Source: a virus (Duplodnaviria; Caudoviricetes). Taken from it: DNA of 61,643 bases. The notes beneath the pieces are model-generated. The model searched no databases. It was not told where the DNA came from and saw nothing but the letters and a program-made list of their open reading frames with translations. Made by a program: the position numbers and the translations under genes. The stretch is from IMG/VR virus record IMGVR_UViG_3300037486_000465, positions 1 through 61,643 of that record. The stretch is one strand, 5' to 3'. Positions 1 to 10,757 of this stretch are shown in pieces. Within the stretch, counting starts at the first letter, position 1. Every line of letters begins with the position of its first letter.

Positions 1-2
1 TT

Positions 3-1049
3 CCTGATTCAGTTCTTGATGCAACTTTAGGTGGTTTCGTTAATTATTATCCTTCACTTATTTCAACTCTTGAAGATCAAGTTCAAGGTTTTGTAGGTGC
101 TGGAGAAAATGATGACGAAGATTGGTCAGGTACATTCGTAAATGGCGCAGTTCTTTATGAACCAATGGAAAGAGGCGTTGGTGAAGTTGAATATCCTAAA
201 GCATTAGGTCTTCAAGTATTCACTAAATTCGTTGCAGTTGGTACTTATCAAGTATCAGTTTCTGTTACTCAGGAACAAATTCAAGACCTTAACAAACAAT
301 GGGGTATTGATGTTATTGCAATGGTTGAAAACGCTGGTATTAATGAAATTTCTCAGGCTATTAACAAAAACATCCTTTCAAGATTATTTGCTCATGGTTG
401 GGATAACCACATTAAAGCTAACACCGTTGAAGGAATTAACCTTAACTTAGACCTTACTTCAGGTAGTGCATCAACAACTCCTTCATACGCTTATATGGCA
501 GGTGGAGCAGTTACTACCAGTACTATGGTCCTTCCTGGATTCCCAGTTTATGCTCCTGCTAGTACTACAGCATTTGAAAACCAAGACACTGTAATAAAAA
601 GAGTTATGGCTCTTATACTTTCAGCTGGTAATGTTGTAATGCAAAGAGGAAGAAGAGGTCCTGCAAACTTTATCGTTACAAACCTTAAACTTGCTACAGC
701 TCTTCAAAGCAATGCAGCTTATGCATTCTCACCAATGACCAATACATTTACTCAATCAAACGGTTCATTATACCCACTTGGTACAATCGCCGGAATGACA
801 CTCTATGTAGATCCTAACATGCTCTACACTGATACCAGAGTACTTGTAGGACGTAAGGGTGCTATTGATGAACCCGGAACAGTATTCTGTCCTTATTTAA
901 TGGCAGAAAGCGTTAAGCTTATTACTGAAGGTACAGGCGCTCCTAAAGTTATCATCAAAACTAGATACGCTTTAGTAGATGCAGGTTTCCATCCAGAAAC
1001 TCAGTATTTAACACTTTACATTAAAACTAATACAGGCGCAATAATTTAA
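3..1049 (+). CDS. Major capsid protein, T4 gp23-like (5'-truncated by window edge)
   Basis: Frame is open from position 3 (PDSVLDATLGG...EPMERG). C-terminal GRRGPANFIV, G-x-L-x-G-x-x-x-YVDP, VFCPY and PKVIIKTRYAL match gp23-family hallmarks. Followed by a strong terminator. Confidence 0.9.
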   Translation, partial: PDSVLDATLGGFVNYYPSLISTLEDQVQGFVGAGENDDEDWSGTFVNGAVLYEPMERGVGEVEYPKALGLQVFTKFVAVGTYQVSVSVTQEQIQDLNKQWGIDVIAMVENAGINEISQAINKNILSRLFAHGWDNHIKANTVEGINLNLDLTSGSASTTPSYAYMAGGAVTTSTMVLPGFPVYAPASTTAFENQDTVIKRVMALILSAGNVVMQRGRRGPANFIVTNLKLATALQSNAAYAFSPMTNTFTQSNGSLYPLGTIAGMTLYVDPNMLYTDTRVLVGRKGAIDEPGTVFCPYLMAESVKLITEGTGAPKVIIKTRYALVDAGFHPETQYLTLYIKTNTGAII

Positions 1050-1072
1050 TTGTAACTAAATTAGTTAATAAC

Positions 1073-1103
1073 AAAAAAGAGGAATTTAAATTCCTCTTTT
1101 TTT
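1073..1103. terminator. Bidirectional rho-independent terminator
   Basis: Perfect palindrome AAAAAAGAGGAATTT/AAATTCCTCTTTTTT between the convergent capsid gene and the island. Confidence 0.9.
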
Positions 1104-1107
1104 ATGT

Positions 1108-1854
1108 TTAAATGTTTCCTCTGTGATGATAAAAAAGTTGTCCGTATGGCGAATTTGTAAATTGATTTCTAAAATTATTACCGAATTGCGTAGGATCACA
1201 AAATAATTGAATATCATACCTTACTGATAAAATTGTTAAAACAGATTGATCATGTCTATGATCTTTAAATTCCGCAAAATTAGGACGTCCACACATATTA
1301 GGATCATCAGTAACAATTCTTGGATCTCTTAAATATTTAAGCCACTCTTTTAAAAATTCAATATTTTTATCAGTTTTCATCCATAATGAAACTGCTCCAT
1401 TAGTCATATTTGCATTCCAATATTTTTGTTCATCAGCATTTGTTAAAACAAAGCAATCTCTTTTAGTCCAAGTCTTTGCAATATGACTAGGTACATCAAC
1501 TGGTGGTAATTTAAATATCATCTTTCCATCACACGTGTCTCTTTGAGTCACTTCAAACAAAGGAGTAAGGGTATCTATTACTTTTAAACCTGCGTCACTA
1601 TAAAGAACCACATCACCTTCTTCAAGTTTTTCAAAGGTTTTTAATATAAGATAGGGCTTCCATATCCAATAACCAGCTCCTCGCGGTTTACTTAAAATGT
1701 AGCTATTTTTTATCCAAAATTCTTCATTTTTTAACTGATCTTGTTTATAACAAATAACCTCATCTACTTTTCCAATTTCTATAGAAGTTTTTTCAAGTAA
1801 TTCTAGACTTTTGAAGAATTTTTGATTTCCGAATGATATATGGACTTTTTTCAT
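1108..1854 (-). CDS. Putative glycosyltransferase (GT-A-like)
   Basis: RGAGYWIWKP, YSDAG and HRHDQSVL motifs typical of putative GTs in viral and bacterial glycan clusters. Confidence 0.6.
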   Translation of the reverse strand: MKKVHISFGNQKFFKSLELLEKTSIEIGKVDEVICYKQDQLKNEEFWIKNSYILSKPRGAGYWIWKPYLILKTFEKLEEGDVVLYSDAGLKVIDTLTPLFEVTQRDTCDGKMIFKLPPVDVPSHIAKTWTKRDCFVLTNADEQKYWNANMTNGAVSLWMKTDKNIEFLKEWLKYLRDPRIVTDDPNMCGRPNFAEFKDHRHDQSVLTILSVRYDIQLFCDPTQFGNNFRNQFTNSPYGQLFYHHRGNI

Positions 1855-2468
1855 ATTCTTGTAATTATATCTATACCAACATATATGGAAATATTGAATA
1901 TATTATATTTCATAAAATTGTTAATTTTATCTAATAAAAAATCATCATAACTTATTTTTCTATTGTCATATTCGATGTCGTTTTTATTATAAGACATTCC
2001 TGGCCATTGTTTAGAACACTGTGTTAAATCAACATTCACACAGTGTGTATCTTCAATAATATAAATTCCCTTTGAAGCTAACATCGGCCAATATAATTCA
2101 AAAGACGCAAACGTAAATTGGTTTACATGACTGCCATCATCTATTACAATATTTAAATTGCCATATTTATTTTGAATATTATTTTTAATATTTACATCAT
2201 CCTGAGAACCTATAAATATTTCTATTCTTTCAGATTCTTCTTTTTTACATGTTGGATCAATATCTAGACCAATAATATTAGCATTTGGAAAATAATCTCT
2301 CCACATTTTAATAGATTTTCCTCCAAGTACGCCTATTTCTAAAATATTTATTGAAGCTTCTCTCATTTGTTCTAAATGAGGTTGGTATCTAGTTAAATAT
2401 GTTATGCCTGCGTGCTGATGTCTACTTTTATCTGTACCATATTTTAATCCTATTTCTTGTAAATCCAT
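1851..2468 (-). CDS. Sugar O-methyltransferase (MycE/TylE-like class I SAM MTase)
   Basis: GTDK, LEIGV..G.S, GLDID, IDDGSH, YIIED motifs. Confidence 0.85.
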   Translation of the reverse strand: MDLQEIGLKYGTDKSRHQHAGITYLTRYQPHLEQMREASINILEIGVLGGKSIKMWRDYFPNANIIGLDIDPTCKKEESERIEIFIGSQDDVNIKNNIQNKYGNLNIVIDDGSHVNQFTFASFELYWPMLASKGIYIIEDTHCVNVDLTQCSKQWPGMSYNKNDIEYDNRKISYDDFLLDKINNFMKYNIFNISIYVGIDIITRI

Positions 2469-2476
2469 TGTAATTT

Positions 2477-3109
2477 TTATTTTAAGTTATTTATAAATGC
2501 ATCATCTATTCCTAATCTTTTATAAAACGAAAAATTTTTTGTTTTGAGAAAATCTCGTATAAATGATTCGCCTTCTCCGTTTTCGTATATTATTACTTTT
2601 ATATGAAATTTATCATAATCAATACTTTTAAGTATTTTTAATTCAGAGCCTTCAGTATCAACAGATAAAAAATCTATATCATATATTTTATTTTCTTCAA
2701 GAATTTCATTTAATATTCGAGTATGCACTTCAATAACTTTTCTTTTTGCTCCAATTCTTTGACTTTCAGATAATATGTTTGACATGTGTTTAAATGTAAT
2801 GTCTTTTGCAATGCCGCTTAACATATCGGGATAACCATCAAATTCTACTAATGTAAATTTTTCTATTCCATTAGTTTCATAACATGCACAATTATATGTA
2901 ATGCAGGATCTATTTTCAATTAATTTTTTATATTCATATTCTATTGGCTCTATACATATTCCCGTCCATTCTAATTCTTTTTCTAGTACATATGTATTTG
3001 AAAGATCTATACCATCATGAGCTCCTATATCTATAAATACACCATTTCGTTTTCCTTTAAAATAATTTACTATAAATTGATCTTGTTTATGTTGGCTTTT
3101 ATATTCCAT
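2477..3109 (-). CDS. FkbM-family methyltransferase
   Basis: SQ..QD, FIDIGAHDG..SNT, W.G..IEP, SVDTEGSE. Confidence 0.9.
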   Translation of the reverse strand: MEYKSQHKQDQFIVNYFKGKRNGVFIDIGAHDGIDLSNTYVLEKELEWTGICIEPIEYEYKKLIENRSCITYNCACYETNGIEKFTLVEFDGYPDMLSGIAKDITFKHMSNILSESQRIGAKRKVIEVHTRILNEILEENKIYDIDFLSVDTEGSELKILKSIDYDKFHIKVIIYENGEGESFIRDFLKTKNFSFYKRLGIDDAFINNLK

Positions 3110-3111
3110 TT

Positions 3112-3762
3112 TTATTTTATATTTATTGGTTGTCCAATATATTCATTATTAATTCTTAAGTGAGGTATTTTTCTCGCTCCTTCGTTATATCTATCTTGGT
3201 CATCATGAATGCAAGCAGAATCTTTAATTAATGGATATATCATTCTTGCAAGAAATTCTTGATCTGTTGCATAAGTATTAATATATTTAATATTATTAAA
3301 TTGCAATATAAGATCATCATAATTAATACGAGAAATAAAATCATATGTTGCACCCCACATTCCCCCCATTATTTTTGTATTATGCATAGGATGATCTCGT
3401 ATAATGTGAAATTCTTTTTTACTTCTCTCCCAATCTATTATACAATTTTTTTCTCGCTGTGTTAGTCTTCCATCAGTATCTCTAACTATAAATCTTTCAA
3501 CGTCTTTATCTTTTAAAACTTCAAATCTCCAAAACATACCCGGGGCATCCATATGTTTAATAAAAGGGTTTTCTAATTTCTTAACTACTTCGCAGTTTTC
3601 TTCTTTTATTTTATTACATATATCTTCAGATACTAAGTCATGAATATAGAATCTACAAATCCATTCAGGATATATAAGTTTTTGTAACTTAATATTTTCC
3701 AGTGCTCCAATAATATACTTTTGATCATTTCCCCAAAGAGAAAATGATATGATTTTTTTCAT
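3112..3762 (-). CDS. Conserved glycan-cluster protein, putative glycosyltransferase
   Basis: IISFSLWG, MFWRF, RDTD (DxD), RDHP.H, GGMWG, DQEFL. Confidence 0.55.
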   Translation of the reverse strand: MKKIISFSLWGNDQKYIIGALENIKLQKLIYPEWICRFYIHDLVSEDICNKIKEENCEVVKKLENPFIKHMDAPGMFWRFEVLKDKDVERFIVRDTDGRLTQREKNCIIDWERSKKEFHIIRDHPMHNTKIMGGMWGATYDFISRINYDDLILQFNNIKYINTYATDQEFLARMIYPLIKDSACIHDDQDRYNEGARKIPHLRINNEYIGQPINIK

Positions 3763-3773
3763 CGTTAAAAAAA

Positions 3774-4751
3774 TTAATCGCCATCAGTGCATCTTTTACA
3801 AATTGGATCTATTTTATAATCGCCATTTTTATGTATTTCTCGTAAATACTTAATTTTATCAGAATTCCATGCTTCTTTCAATGTTATATCTGAAATATTT
3901 CCAATTTTATGTCTTAATCCATACATTGTACAGCAGGGAAGAATATCTCCTTCTGATGTAATTACTATTTGCTTAAAGGGGAATGAGCAATGGAATTCTT
4001 TTTCTGGCTCTTTTATTGTTAATCCTGTATGAACATCTAAAATTTCATTCATTTTTTGAACAATAACCATATCGGCTTTATCTTTCCAATAATCTACAAA
4101 TAGTTGTTCTTCATCTTTATTAATTGCAGTTCTAAGGAAATTTACACGAACAACAGGATATCTTAATCCCATTTCATTACGAATCTTTATAAAGTTTTCA
4201 GTATTTTCAATTATTTTATCAAAACCATTTGAGTTACGAAGAGCATTATAAGTTTCTGCTTTAACCGCATCTATGCTAACAAATATTTTTGTAAGGCCAC
4301 TCTCTATTAAGCTTTTTGATCGTGAGGGCGTAAGAAGAACTGCATTTGTACTTAAAGAAATGTTTATCATTCCTTTTTCTTTAGCAAATTCAATATATCT
4401 TTCAAGATCTTTTACAAGAAGAGGTTCATTTAAATAATTAAGTTTTAAACTTCTTGTGCCAAATTTAATAGCTTGTTCAATCACAAAGATAAATTGATCA
4501 AAAGTCAAAGATGACATTTTACGTTTAGTAATCCCATGAATACAAAAAGCGCAATGATGATTACAATTGCTATTAAGTTCTATATCAATTTGAGCAGGAT
4601 TAAGATTTATTTTTAAATTTGCTGCATCATTATATTGTTTACGAAATTTTTTCCATTCTTTAGAATTAAGTCCATCAGGCGTTTGTTCATAAAATTTTCT
4701 ATGAAGAGACTGCGCAGTTTCATTTTTTCTTTTGATAAATTTATAACTCAT
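3774..4751 (-). CDS. Radical SAM protein with SPASM/twitch domain
   Basis: CNHHCAFC (CxxxCxxC), NEPLL, C-terminal CSFPF...PCC...CKRC. Confidence 0.9.
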   Translation of the reverse strand: MSYKFIKRKNETAQSLHRKFYEQTPDGLNSKEWKKFRKQYNDAANLKINLNPAQIDIELNSNCNHHCAFCIHGITKRKMSSLTFDQFIFVIEQAIKFGTRSLKLNYLNEPLLVKDLERYIEFAKEKGMINISLSTNAVLLTPSRSKSLIESGLTKIFVSIDAVKAETYNALRNSNGFDKIIENTENFIKIRNEMGLRYPVVRVNFLRTAINKDEEQLFVDYWKDKADMVIVQKMNEILDVHTGLTIKEPEKEFHCSFPFKQIVITSEGDILPCCTMYGLRHKIGNISDITLKEAWNSDKIKYLREIHKNGDYKIDPICKRCTDGD

Positions 4752-4765
4752 ATTTTATAATTATT

Positions 4766-5401
4766 TTATAAATTAAATACTTGATCAATTTTATATTGTG
4801 TTTCTATATTTTTGCCAGTAAGAATATAATGCCATGTCCATTCAAATATATGCGCTGGATTATTTCCTGCAGGATTAATTGGATCTTTTGCAAAATTTAC
4901 CCAAACTAAGCATTTACTATAAAAATCTCGTGAATGATGTAATATTAATGATTTACTTACAACAAATTGAGAGCTTCCATACATTGTAAATTTATCCGGC
5001 AATATCATTTCATTTCCAAATATTTCATTCCAATAATTTTTTATTAAATTGTATGGTCTAGCGTGAGGAGGACTTATCATTGAAATTTCTTGATATGTTT
5101 CTCTCTTATTTACAGAAAAATAATCATCTAATTCCCAATTAACATGATTACATATAAAGTCAGCATCATAATCTTGATGCCAATTGTTTCTATGACCATG
5201 TAAAAATAAAATTTTATCAGGTAATTTATTATAATTATCAATAATAAATTTTAAATATCCGTTTGTATCATTACCCTGAATCACGGGGTAATAAATAAAT
5301 CGAGTATCTGATTTAGAATAAACATATATACTTACATCGGGATTAATATTTTTAACCCAATCTATATTTTCTTTATAATGTGTTATTACAACTGCGTTCA
5401 T
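4766..5401 (-). CDS. DUF3431-like protein (putative glycosyltransferase)
   Basis: HYKENIDW, YLKFIIDNYNKLPD..LFLHGH..WH, SQFVVS, FEWTWH. Confidence 0.75.
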   Translation of the reverse strand: MNAVVITHYKENIDWVKNINPDVSIYVYSKSDTRFIYYPVIQGNDTNGYLKFIIDNYNKLPDKILFLHGHRNNWHQDYDADFICNHVNWELDDYFSVNKRETYQEISMISPPHARPYNLIKNYWNEIFGNEMILPDKFTMYGSSQFVVSKSLILHHSRDFYSKCLVWVNFAKDPINPAGNNPAHIFEWTWHYILTGKNIETQYKIDQVFNL

Positions 5402-6063
5402 TTTAAAAATTTTTTATTTATCCAAATACTTTCAGATTGCGAAACTATATTATTAATAAATCTAAAATAAAGTTGTTTAAAATCATTTTCTTCAAGAAGT
5501 TTTTTAACATCTGCATACAATTTTTGATTTTGCCATATTTGTCGATGTTCACACTCTATATGAATACTTTTTATTTTTTTAATTGATTCTTTAAAACTTT
5601 TTAACGCTTCATAAGCAGCACCTTCTACATCTATTTGACATATATCTATTTCTTCTATATTATAATCTTCCATTATTTTTTTACCCGTAAATGCAGAAAC
5701 ATCAATAATTTCAGTATAATTTTCATGATAAAAATTATCATATCTATCTAAAACTGAACTAGTGCCTGCTGCTACACTACAATTAAATTTTACATTTTTA
5801 TTTTCATTAAATATTGCACATCTTATTAAATTATATTGAGGATAATTATGCGCTATATTTTTTTGTTCTTCTGGATGTGGTTCTATAATAAAAACATTAT
5901 TTGGAGATATATTAAATATTTCTGCAAAATAATTAGAATCATCTCCGGTTGCGCCACCTATTTCTACAATATTTTTAGGTATTATAATAGTTTGATTAGT
6001 AATTAAATTAACATAATTTTTTAATTCTTCTATTTCTGGAAGTCCAGGCTGGTTAATTTTCAT
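5398..6063 (-). CDS. FkbM-family methyltransferase
   Basis: VEIGG..G, IEPHP, IDVEGAAYE. Confidence 0.8.
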   Translation of the reverse strand: MKINQPGLPEIEELKNYVNLITNQTIIIPKNIVEIGGATGDDSNYFAEIFNISPNNVFIIEPHPEEQKNIAHNYPQYNLIRCAIFNENKNVKFNCSVAAGTSSVLDRYDNFYHENYTEIIDVSAFTGKKIMEDYNIEEIDICQIDVEGAAYEALKSFKESIKKIKSIHIECEHRQIWQNQKLYADVKKLLEENDFKQLYFRFINNIVSQSESIWINKKFLK

Positions 6064-6773
6064 AAAATATAATTTATTAATTTATCTATTTCATTTTTAT
6101 ACGTGTTATAAGGTCGTATAGAATGACAGTCATAATACATTCCTAATTTTAATTTTTCTACACTGTACGGCCAATAATTATAATTATAATGACTTCTATC
6201 TATTCTAGATTCTGAAGGACGAATAAGTCTCATAATTGATTTATTTTTTAATTTATTTGCTAAATAAATTTCATCGCTGCCCCAATATATTTCTCCATTT
6301 ATTTGATAAATAGAGTCTTTTAAAATATAAATTTGTTCTTCCCATGTATTTTTTAATTCTAAATATTTTTTGAAAATAGAGCCTTTTGCTATATTATAAC
6401 AAATACTTATAGTAGTTTCATCTACTCCTGATAAAATATATTCGTCATCATCTATATTTTCTATAGCAGTTTTAAATGGATATGAAGACAACGGAATCAT
6501 GTCCATATCAGTTGTAATGCAAACGTCTTTTGGAAAAAATTGAAGATACCATAATCTTGCAAATTGAGATTGAGAAACTGTAGAAATATTTAAAATTGGC
6601 GTAAGTTTAATAACTGTTCCATAAGTATCATCAATATCTATATTTTTTTCATCAACATAAAGTAAAATCGGTTCAATATCAAATTTTAATTTCCAAACTC
6701 TTGAAACACATGGCCAAAAATCTAAATACATTGGATTTGAATTACATGACATTATAGCGTATTTTATCTTCAT
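6060..6773 (-). CDS. Putative glycosyltransferase
   Basis: YLDFWP, Q.ARL, TDMDM (DxD), W.SDE, RIDR, DCHS.RP. Confidence 0.55.
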   Translation of the reverse strand: MKIKYAIMSCNSNPMYLDFWPCVSRVWKLKFDIEPILLYVDEKNIDIDDTYGTVIKLTPILNISTVSQSQFARLWYLQFFPKDVCITTDMDMIPLSSYPFKTAIENIDDDEYILSGVDETTISICYNIAKGSIFKKYLELKNTWEEQIYILKDSIYQINGEIYWGSDEIYLANKLKNKSIMRLIRPSESRIDRSHYNYNYWPYSVEKLKLGMYYDCHSIRPYNTYKNEIDKLINYIL

Positions 6774-7468
6774 GATTTTCTTAAATCTTGTCTATCTATT
6801 ACTCTTCTATCTAATTCCGAAAAATCTGTGATTTGAAATGCTGTTTTTGGAAGATACATATATGCTCTTAAAGGATCTACTTCTCTAAACATTATATCAT
6901 TCATGGAATCATCATTTGTTGTTTTAAATGAAAGCATTGCATCAGAAATTTTATTAAAACCATTTCCTCTAACTAAATACGCATGCAATCCATCTGTAAA
7001 ACTTGTAGTATATAAATGTTCTGTAACCTTTTCCATTTTCTTATAAACAAAATTTCGAACTGCACCGCCAAGATAAATGTGTTCCCAATCAAGATTTTTA
7101 CTTTCATTTTCAATATTTATAAATACTTCCTGTATATTTTCTGGAAATTCTACATCATCTTCTACAATAAAAGCTGTTTTTGCGTTTAGCATTTTAGCAA
7201 ATTTTAATGCTCCAATATGAGACATCGTGCACGCAATTTGAAATCGATTCATTTTATTTGTGGGTATTCTTGATAATTCATCTTTAAATGAAAAATAAGA
7301 TCTATGCGGAGGAATTACTGATACAATTCCCGGAGTTATTTTTTCACCATCATAAGCTGGTAAATAATAAACATCTTTAAACCCACGTTCAGATAAATGA
7401 GATTCTAATCTCGTTCTTCTATCTTTTCTTCTTTCTAAGCTAATCGCTATTATAATATCATAAAGCAT
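6770..7468 (-). CDS. Glycosyltransferase family 25
   Basis: ISLERRKDRR, AYDG, AC.MSH, EDDV, YLG, HAY. Start moved to the ATG at 7468, which overlaps the upstream stop region. Confidence 0.85.
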   Translation of the reverse strand: MLYDIIIAISLERRKDRRTRLESHLSERGFKDVYYLPAYDGEKITPGIVSVIPPHRSYFSFKDELSRIPTNKMNRFQIACTMSHIGALKFAKMLNAKTAFIVEDDVEFPENIQEVFINIENESKNLDWEHIYLGGAVRNFVYKKMEKVTEHLYTTSFTDGLHAYLVRGNGFNKISDAMLSFKTTNDDSMNDIMFREVDPLRAYMYLPKTAFQITDFSELDRRVIDRQDLRKS

Positions 7469-8189
7469 TTCTATATATTTTTTGCACTTCTTCAGGAACA
7501 GGAGCTTTATAAGTTTTATCATCAGCTACTCCTGGCAAATTTGCAGCTAAACAATGTTCAGCATCTACTATAAATAAAGGCTTTATTTTTAATCCTTTTT
7601 CTTTAGCGTTTTCTCCCATAAAAGTTTCTGAATGATATTGTATGCCACAATCATACAATCTTCTATAATCTCTTCCTACATATGAAAATTTTCTAACACT
7701 TTCTGATTTTCCTATCGCAAACCAATCACAAGCAGAAAACCATCTTCCATCTATAAGTGGATTGTACATTGCAGTAGATGATATAATTTCATCGTCTGTT
7801 GTTAAAATTCTATTAATATCTAAAGGTTTATAAAAAATATGATCAATTCTACTTAAAATAAAATAATCATATCGTTTTTCAACAATACTCACAGCCTTAT
7901 ACATTGAAAAAAGCAAACATTGAACATTAAATGGCTTATTTACACAATATCGTTTTCGTTCTGGATTTTCAATCCATTGAGCAGATTCTTTAACATCATC
8001 ATAAGATGTTAAAAGCATTCTTTTAGGCTTATAAAGTTCGGTATATTCAGATATATTTTCTTGTTCAATCCAAGTATGAGAATAAATATCTTTTATATTC
8101 AAAGGATCAATCACATTTTGTTTCCATACTAAATAACACAATTTAATATGCCTTAATTGCCCATAAAATATTAAAGCAATATTACTCAT
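7458..8189 (-). CDS. Glycan-cluster hypothetical protein (putative transferase)
   Basis: IALIFYGQLR, HTW, YD..I.SR.D and DWFA motifs recur in viral glycosylation clusters. Confidence 0.5.
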   Translation of the reverse strand: MSNIALIFYGQLRHIKLCYLVWKQNVIDPLNIKDIYSHTWIEQENISEYTELYKPKRMLLTSYDDVKESAQWIENPERKRYCVNKPFNVQCLLFSMYKAVSIVEKRYDYFILSRIDHIFYKPLDINRILTTDDEIISSTAMYNPLIDGRWFSACDWFAIGKSESVRKFSYVGRDYRRLYDCGIQYHSETFMGENAKEKGLKIKPLFIVDAEHCLAANLPGVADDKTYKAPVPEEVQKIYRNAL

Positions 8190-8917
8190 TATAATAAATT
8201 TTTAGTTCTTAATTCATTTTCTGATGCTTGGGGATTCCAAGCATTTCTTCCTATAATATTATAAGGTTTAAAAAGATGTCTACTCGACATATTTCTTGGC
8301 ATACTTTCTGTTTTAAATCTTCTATTCAAGTAACCTTCGGCATTCCAAATATCATTATACATAAAATATGCTTTATCATATACTTGTTTAACAATATCAA
8401 TAGAAGCTATATAAGAAGAATCATCCATATTATAAATGTGTTCATAATTCATACAGTTATTTTCGTATATAGCAAAATTGTTAAAAGTTTTTAAAGATTT
8501 TAGATTATCTTTTGGAATTCTTAAATGCATACAATATCCAGCGCAAAATGAAAGCATAAATTGGTTTTTTTGTTCTTTTATATAATTAACGAGTTCTTCA
8601 AAATTTATATCATCATTATCATCGCTGAATGCATCATCTTGAATAAAAAAAAGATGCGTACATTTTAAATTTTCTAATATTTGTAAAAGATTTTTGACGC
8701 ATTGCGTGTATGAAATTCCATTGAATCGTAAAATTTGAGTATTTTTAACAGGATTTTTATCAATAAAGTAATTTACGATATCATCATTACTATTATGAAA
8801 AGAATAAAAATTTATATCGCATAAATTTTTAAATTCATGTAGTTTTTTATCTCGAAAATAAATGTCCAGAAGTCTTTTTCTGTCATTTCCATAGGTTTGT
8901 GTAAAAGATATTAACAT
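8189..8917 (-). CDS. Hypothetical protein, possibly GT-A fold
   Basis: Coupled ORF; FFIQDD motif, W.AE. Confidence 0.45.
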   Translation of the reverse strand: MLISFTQTYGNDRKRLLDIYFRDKKLHEFKNLCDINFYSFHNSNDDIVNYFIDKNPVKNTQILRFNGISYTQCVKNLLQILENLKCTHLFFIQDDAFSDDNDDINFEELVNYIKEQKNQFMLSFCAGYCMHLRIPKDNLKSLKTFNNFAIYENNCMNYEHIYNMDDSSYIASIDIVKQVYDKAYFMYNDIWNAEGYLNRRFKTESMPRNMSSRHLFKPYNIIGRNAWNPQASENELRTKNLL

Positions 8918-9354
8918 AGTATTTTATAATTTATAACATAATCGCTACATATTCCGTAGCATTTTTCTATATTTTCAAACTTCTTAACTTCTGGCAAAAC
9001 TGCTATAGAATATTTAGTGAGATATTTTCCAGGAAGTGTCCATAAATATCCGTTTGATGTTAATGTTACATCATCATATTGATGCCAAAAATATTCTCCA
9101 TTAAATTTTATATGCTTTAAATACTCTAAAGTTTCAATTGATTTGCAATGTATCCACAAATTATCTGCTTTTATAAATTCTTGATCTATTTCGTATTCTT
9201 TTTTATCGTGTCCTAAAAATAAATGGCCATAAATATATCGTAAATCTATTTCACAATTATATCCTAAAGATAAAGCTTTAATTATGTAATCGGGGTTATT
9301 TTCTAATTTTAAATTTTTGCCGTTAATATTTCCTCTATGCGATATTAGTATCAT
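8911..9354 (-). CDS. Small phosphodiesterase-like (GDPD/PLC-like) protein
   Basis: ISHRGN, EN, EIDL, LGHD, WIHCK, GICSD; lies next to a nucleotidyltransferase. Confidence 0.65.
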   Translation of the reverse strand: MILISHRGNINGKNLKLENNPDYIIKALSLGYNCEIDLRYIYGHLFLGHDKKEYEIDQEFIKADNLWIHCKSIETLEYLKHIKFNGEYFWHQYDDVTLTSNGYLWTLPGKYLTKYSIAVLPEVKKFENIEKCYGICSDYVINYKILC

Positions 9355-10072
9355 ATTTTTCTACATATTTATTAAAAATTTCAACATCTTTAGGTGTACC
9401 AATTACGTGAACTTCTTCAACCTCTCGAGTTTTTACTATTAATCCATCTCTAATGAGTAGATTATATATAGGACATATATAAAATTCATTTTTATGTGTT
9501 ATCTTTTTATCTAATAATTCTTCAGCATATTTTACAAACATCTTTCCTGTTCTAAAATAATATAATCCTATTGTTGCATTATTACTTATTACTTCTTTTT
9601 CTGCTGTTTCAACCACATTTCCATTTTTTCCTAATTTAACATAACTATGAGCAGGGCAATCTGACCAATATGTTAAAAGAAAGCCATCTTCTAATTCTAT
9701 AGAAGCGGGATTAAAAACTGGCTTCCAACAAACATCTAATGTATATGTAAACAAAGGGATTTCATTATCAATATATTTTTTAGCATATAGGCATGTTTCT
9801 ACACTTCCACGTGTATCGCCATCAATAGAAATTATAACGATGTCTTCTCCAAATTTTTGTTTTAAAATTTTATCAATATTATAATTATCTATATGTTCTT
9901 TTCTTACTATAAATATTAAATTACATTCTTGTAAATTTATTGCTCCCAATGACCAATCAATTGATTGCTTATTCGCTACAGATATTAGAGGTTTAGGAGT
10001 ATCAAATCCTTGATTTAAAAATCGAGATCCTTTTCCTGCCATAGGTATTAATAAATTATACTTTTTATTCAT
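9335..10072 (-). CDS. Sugar-phosphate nucleotidyltransferase
   Basis: IPMAGKGSRF...PKPL, AEK, GLYYF, NEFYI.P.YN, GTP. Confidence 0.88.
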   Translation of the reverse strand: MNKKYNLLIPMAGKGSRFLNQGFDTPKPLISVANKQSIDWSLGAINLQECNLIFIVRKEHIDNYNIDKILKQKFGEDIVIISIDGDTRGSVETCLYAKKYIDNEIPLFTYTLDVCWKPVFNPASIELEDGFLLTYWSDCPAHSYVKLGKNGNVVETAEKEVISNNATIGLYYFRTGKMFVKYAEELLDKKITHKNEFYICPIYNLLIRDGLIVKTREVEEVHVIGTPKDVEIFNKYVEKYDTNIA

Positions 10073-10748
10073 GTTGTTTAATTTTAATTAATTCCGTTGT
10101 ATTAATATGAGAATTTTCTATTATTTCTTTCACGTCATTATTCTTAAAAGATTCTATGATAAAGGCTGCTGCAAAAGAATCTCCTGCTCCTAAAACATTT
10201 ACATCTTCTAAATATAAATCATTTGGCAAAGCATATTCGTATGTTTCTTCACCATTACTGCAAATGCTGCCATGAGAATCATGAGCTATTACCCATCCTT
10301 TTGTTTTTTTGCCGATTTCAATTACATCATCAAACAAATCTTCTTTTGAAATAAAAAGATAATCTATCATTGACAAATAAGGCACGCAATTTTCTGGACA
10401 TTCTTTTGTAATATCTGCACTTATTATTCCACTAAGTTTATTTATAAATTCTATATCTATATTGGGTATTTGATTTATATATGCTAAATGATTCCAATCT
10501 GCTTTCATTACTCTTGGTTGTATTATTGTTTTATTCAATATTGCTCTTCCTACTTTTTCTGTTTTTTTAATATTGACAACAATTATAGCTTCTCCAATTG
10601 AAGTGGGCTGCATATTAATGAGTGTTTTTCCGTTTAATTTCATTAAACTATCCCATACATTTGCTATTCCTCCTAAAGTTTCTCTATATCCAGTATCAAA
10701 AAATATCCTATCTACCGTTAAGTGTCCATATAAATTTATTATTTTCAT
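10065..10748 (-). CDS. PfkB-family carbohydrate kinase
   Basis: G...D, GG..N, D..VLGAGDSFAAAF signature. Confidence 0.85.
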   Translation of the reverse strand: MKIINLYGHLTVDRIFFDTGYRETLGGIANVWDSLMKLNGKTLINMQPTSIGEAIIVVNIKKTEKVGRAILNKTIIQPRVMKADWNHLAYINQIPNIDIEFINKLSGIISADITKECPENCVPYLSMIDYLFISKEDLFDDVIEIGKKTKGWVIAHDSHGSICSNGEETYEYALPNDLYLEDVNVLGAGDSFAAAFIIESFKNNDVKEIIENSHINTTELIKIKQHE

Positions 10749-10757
10749 ATAGTTTTA

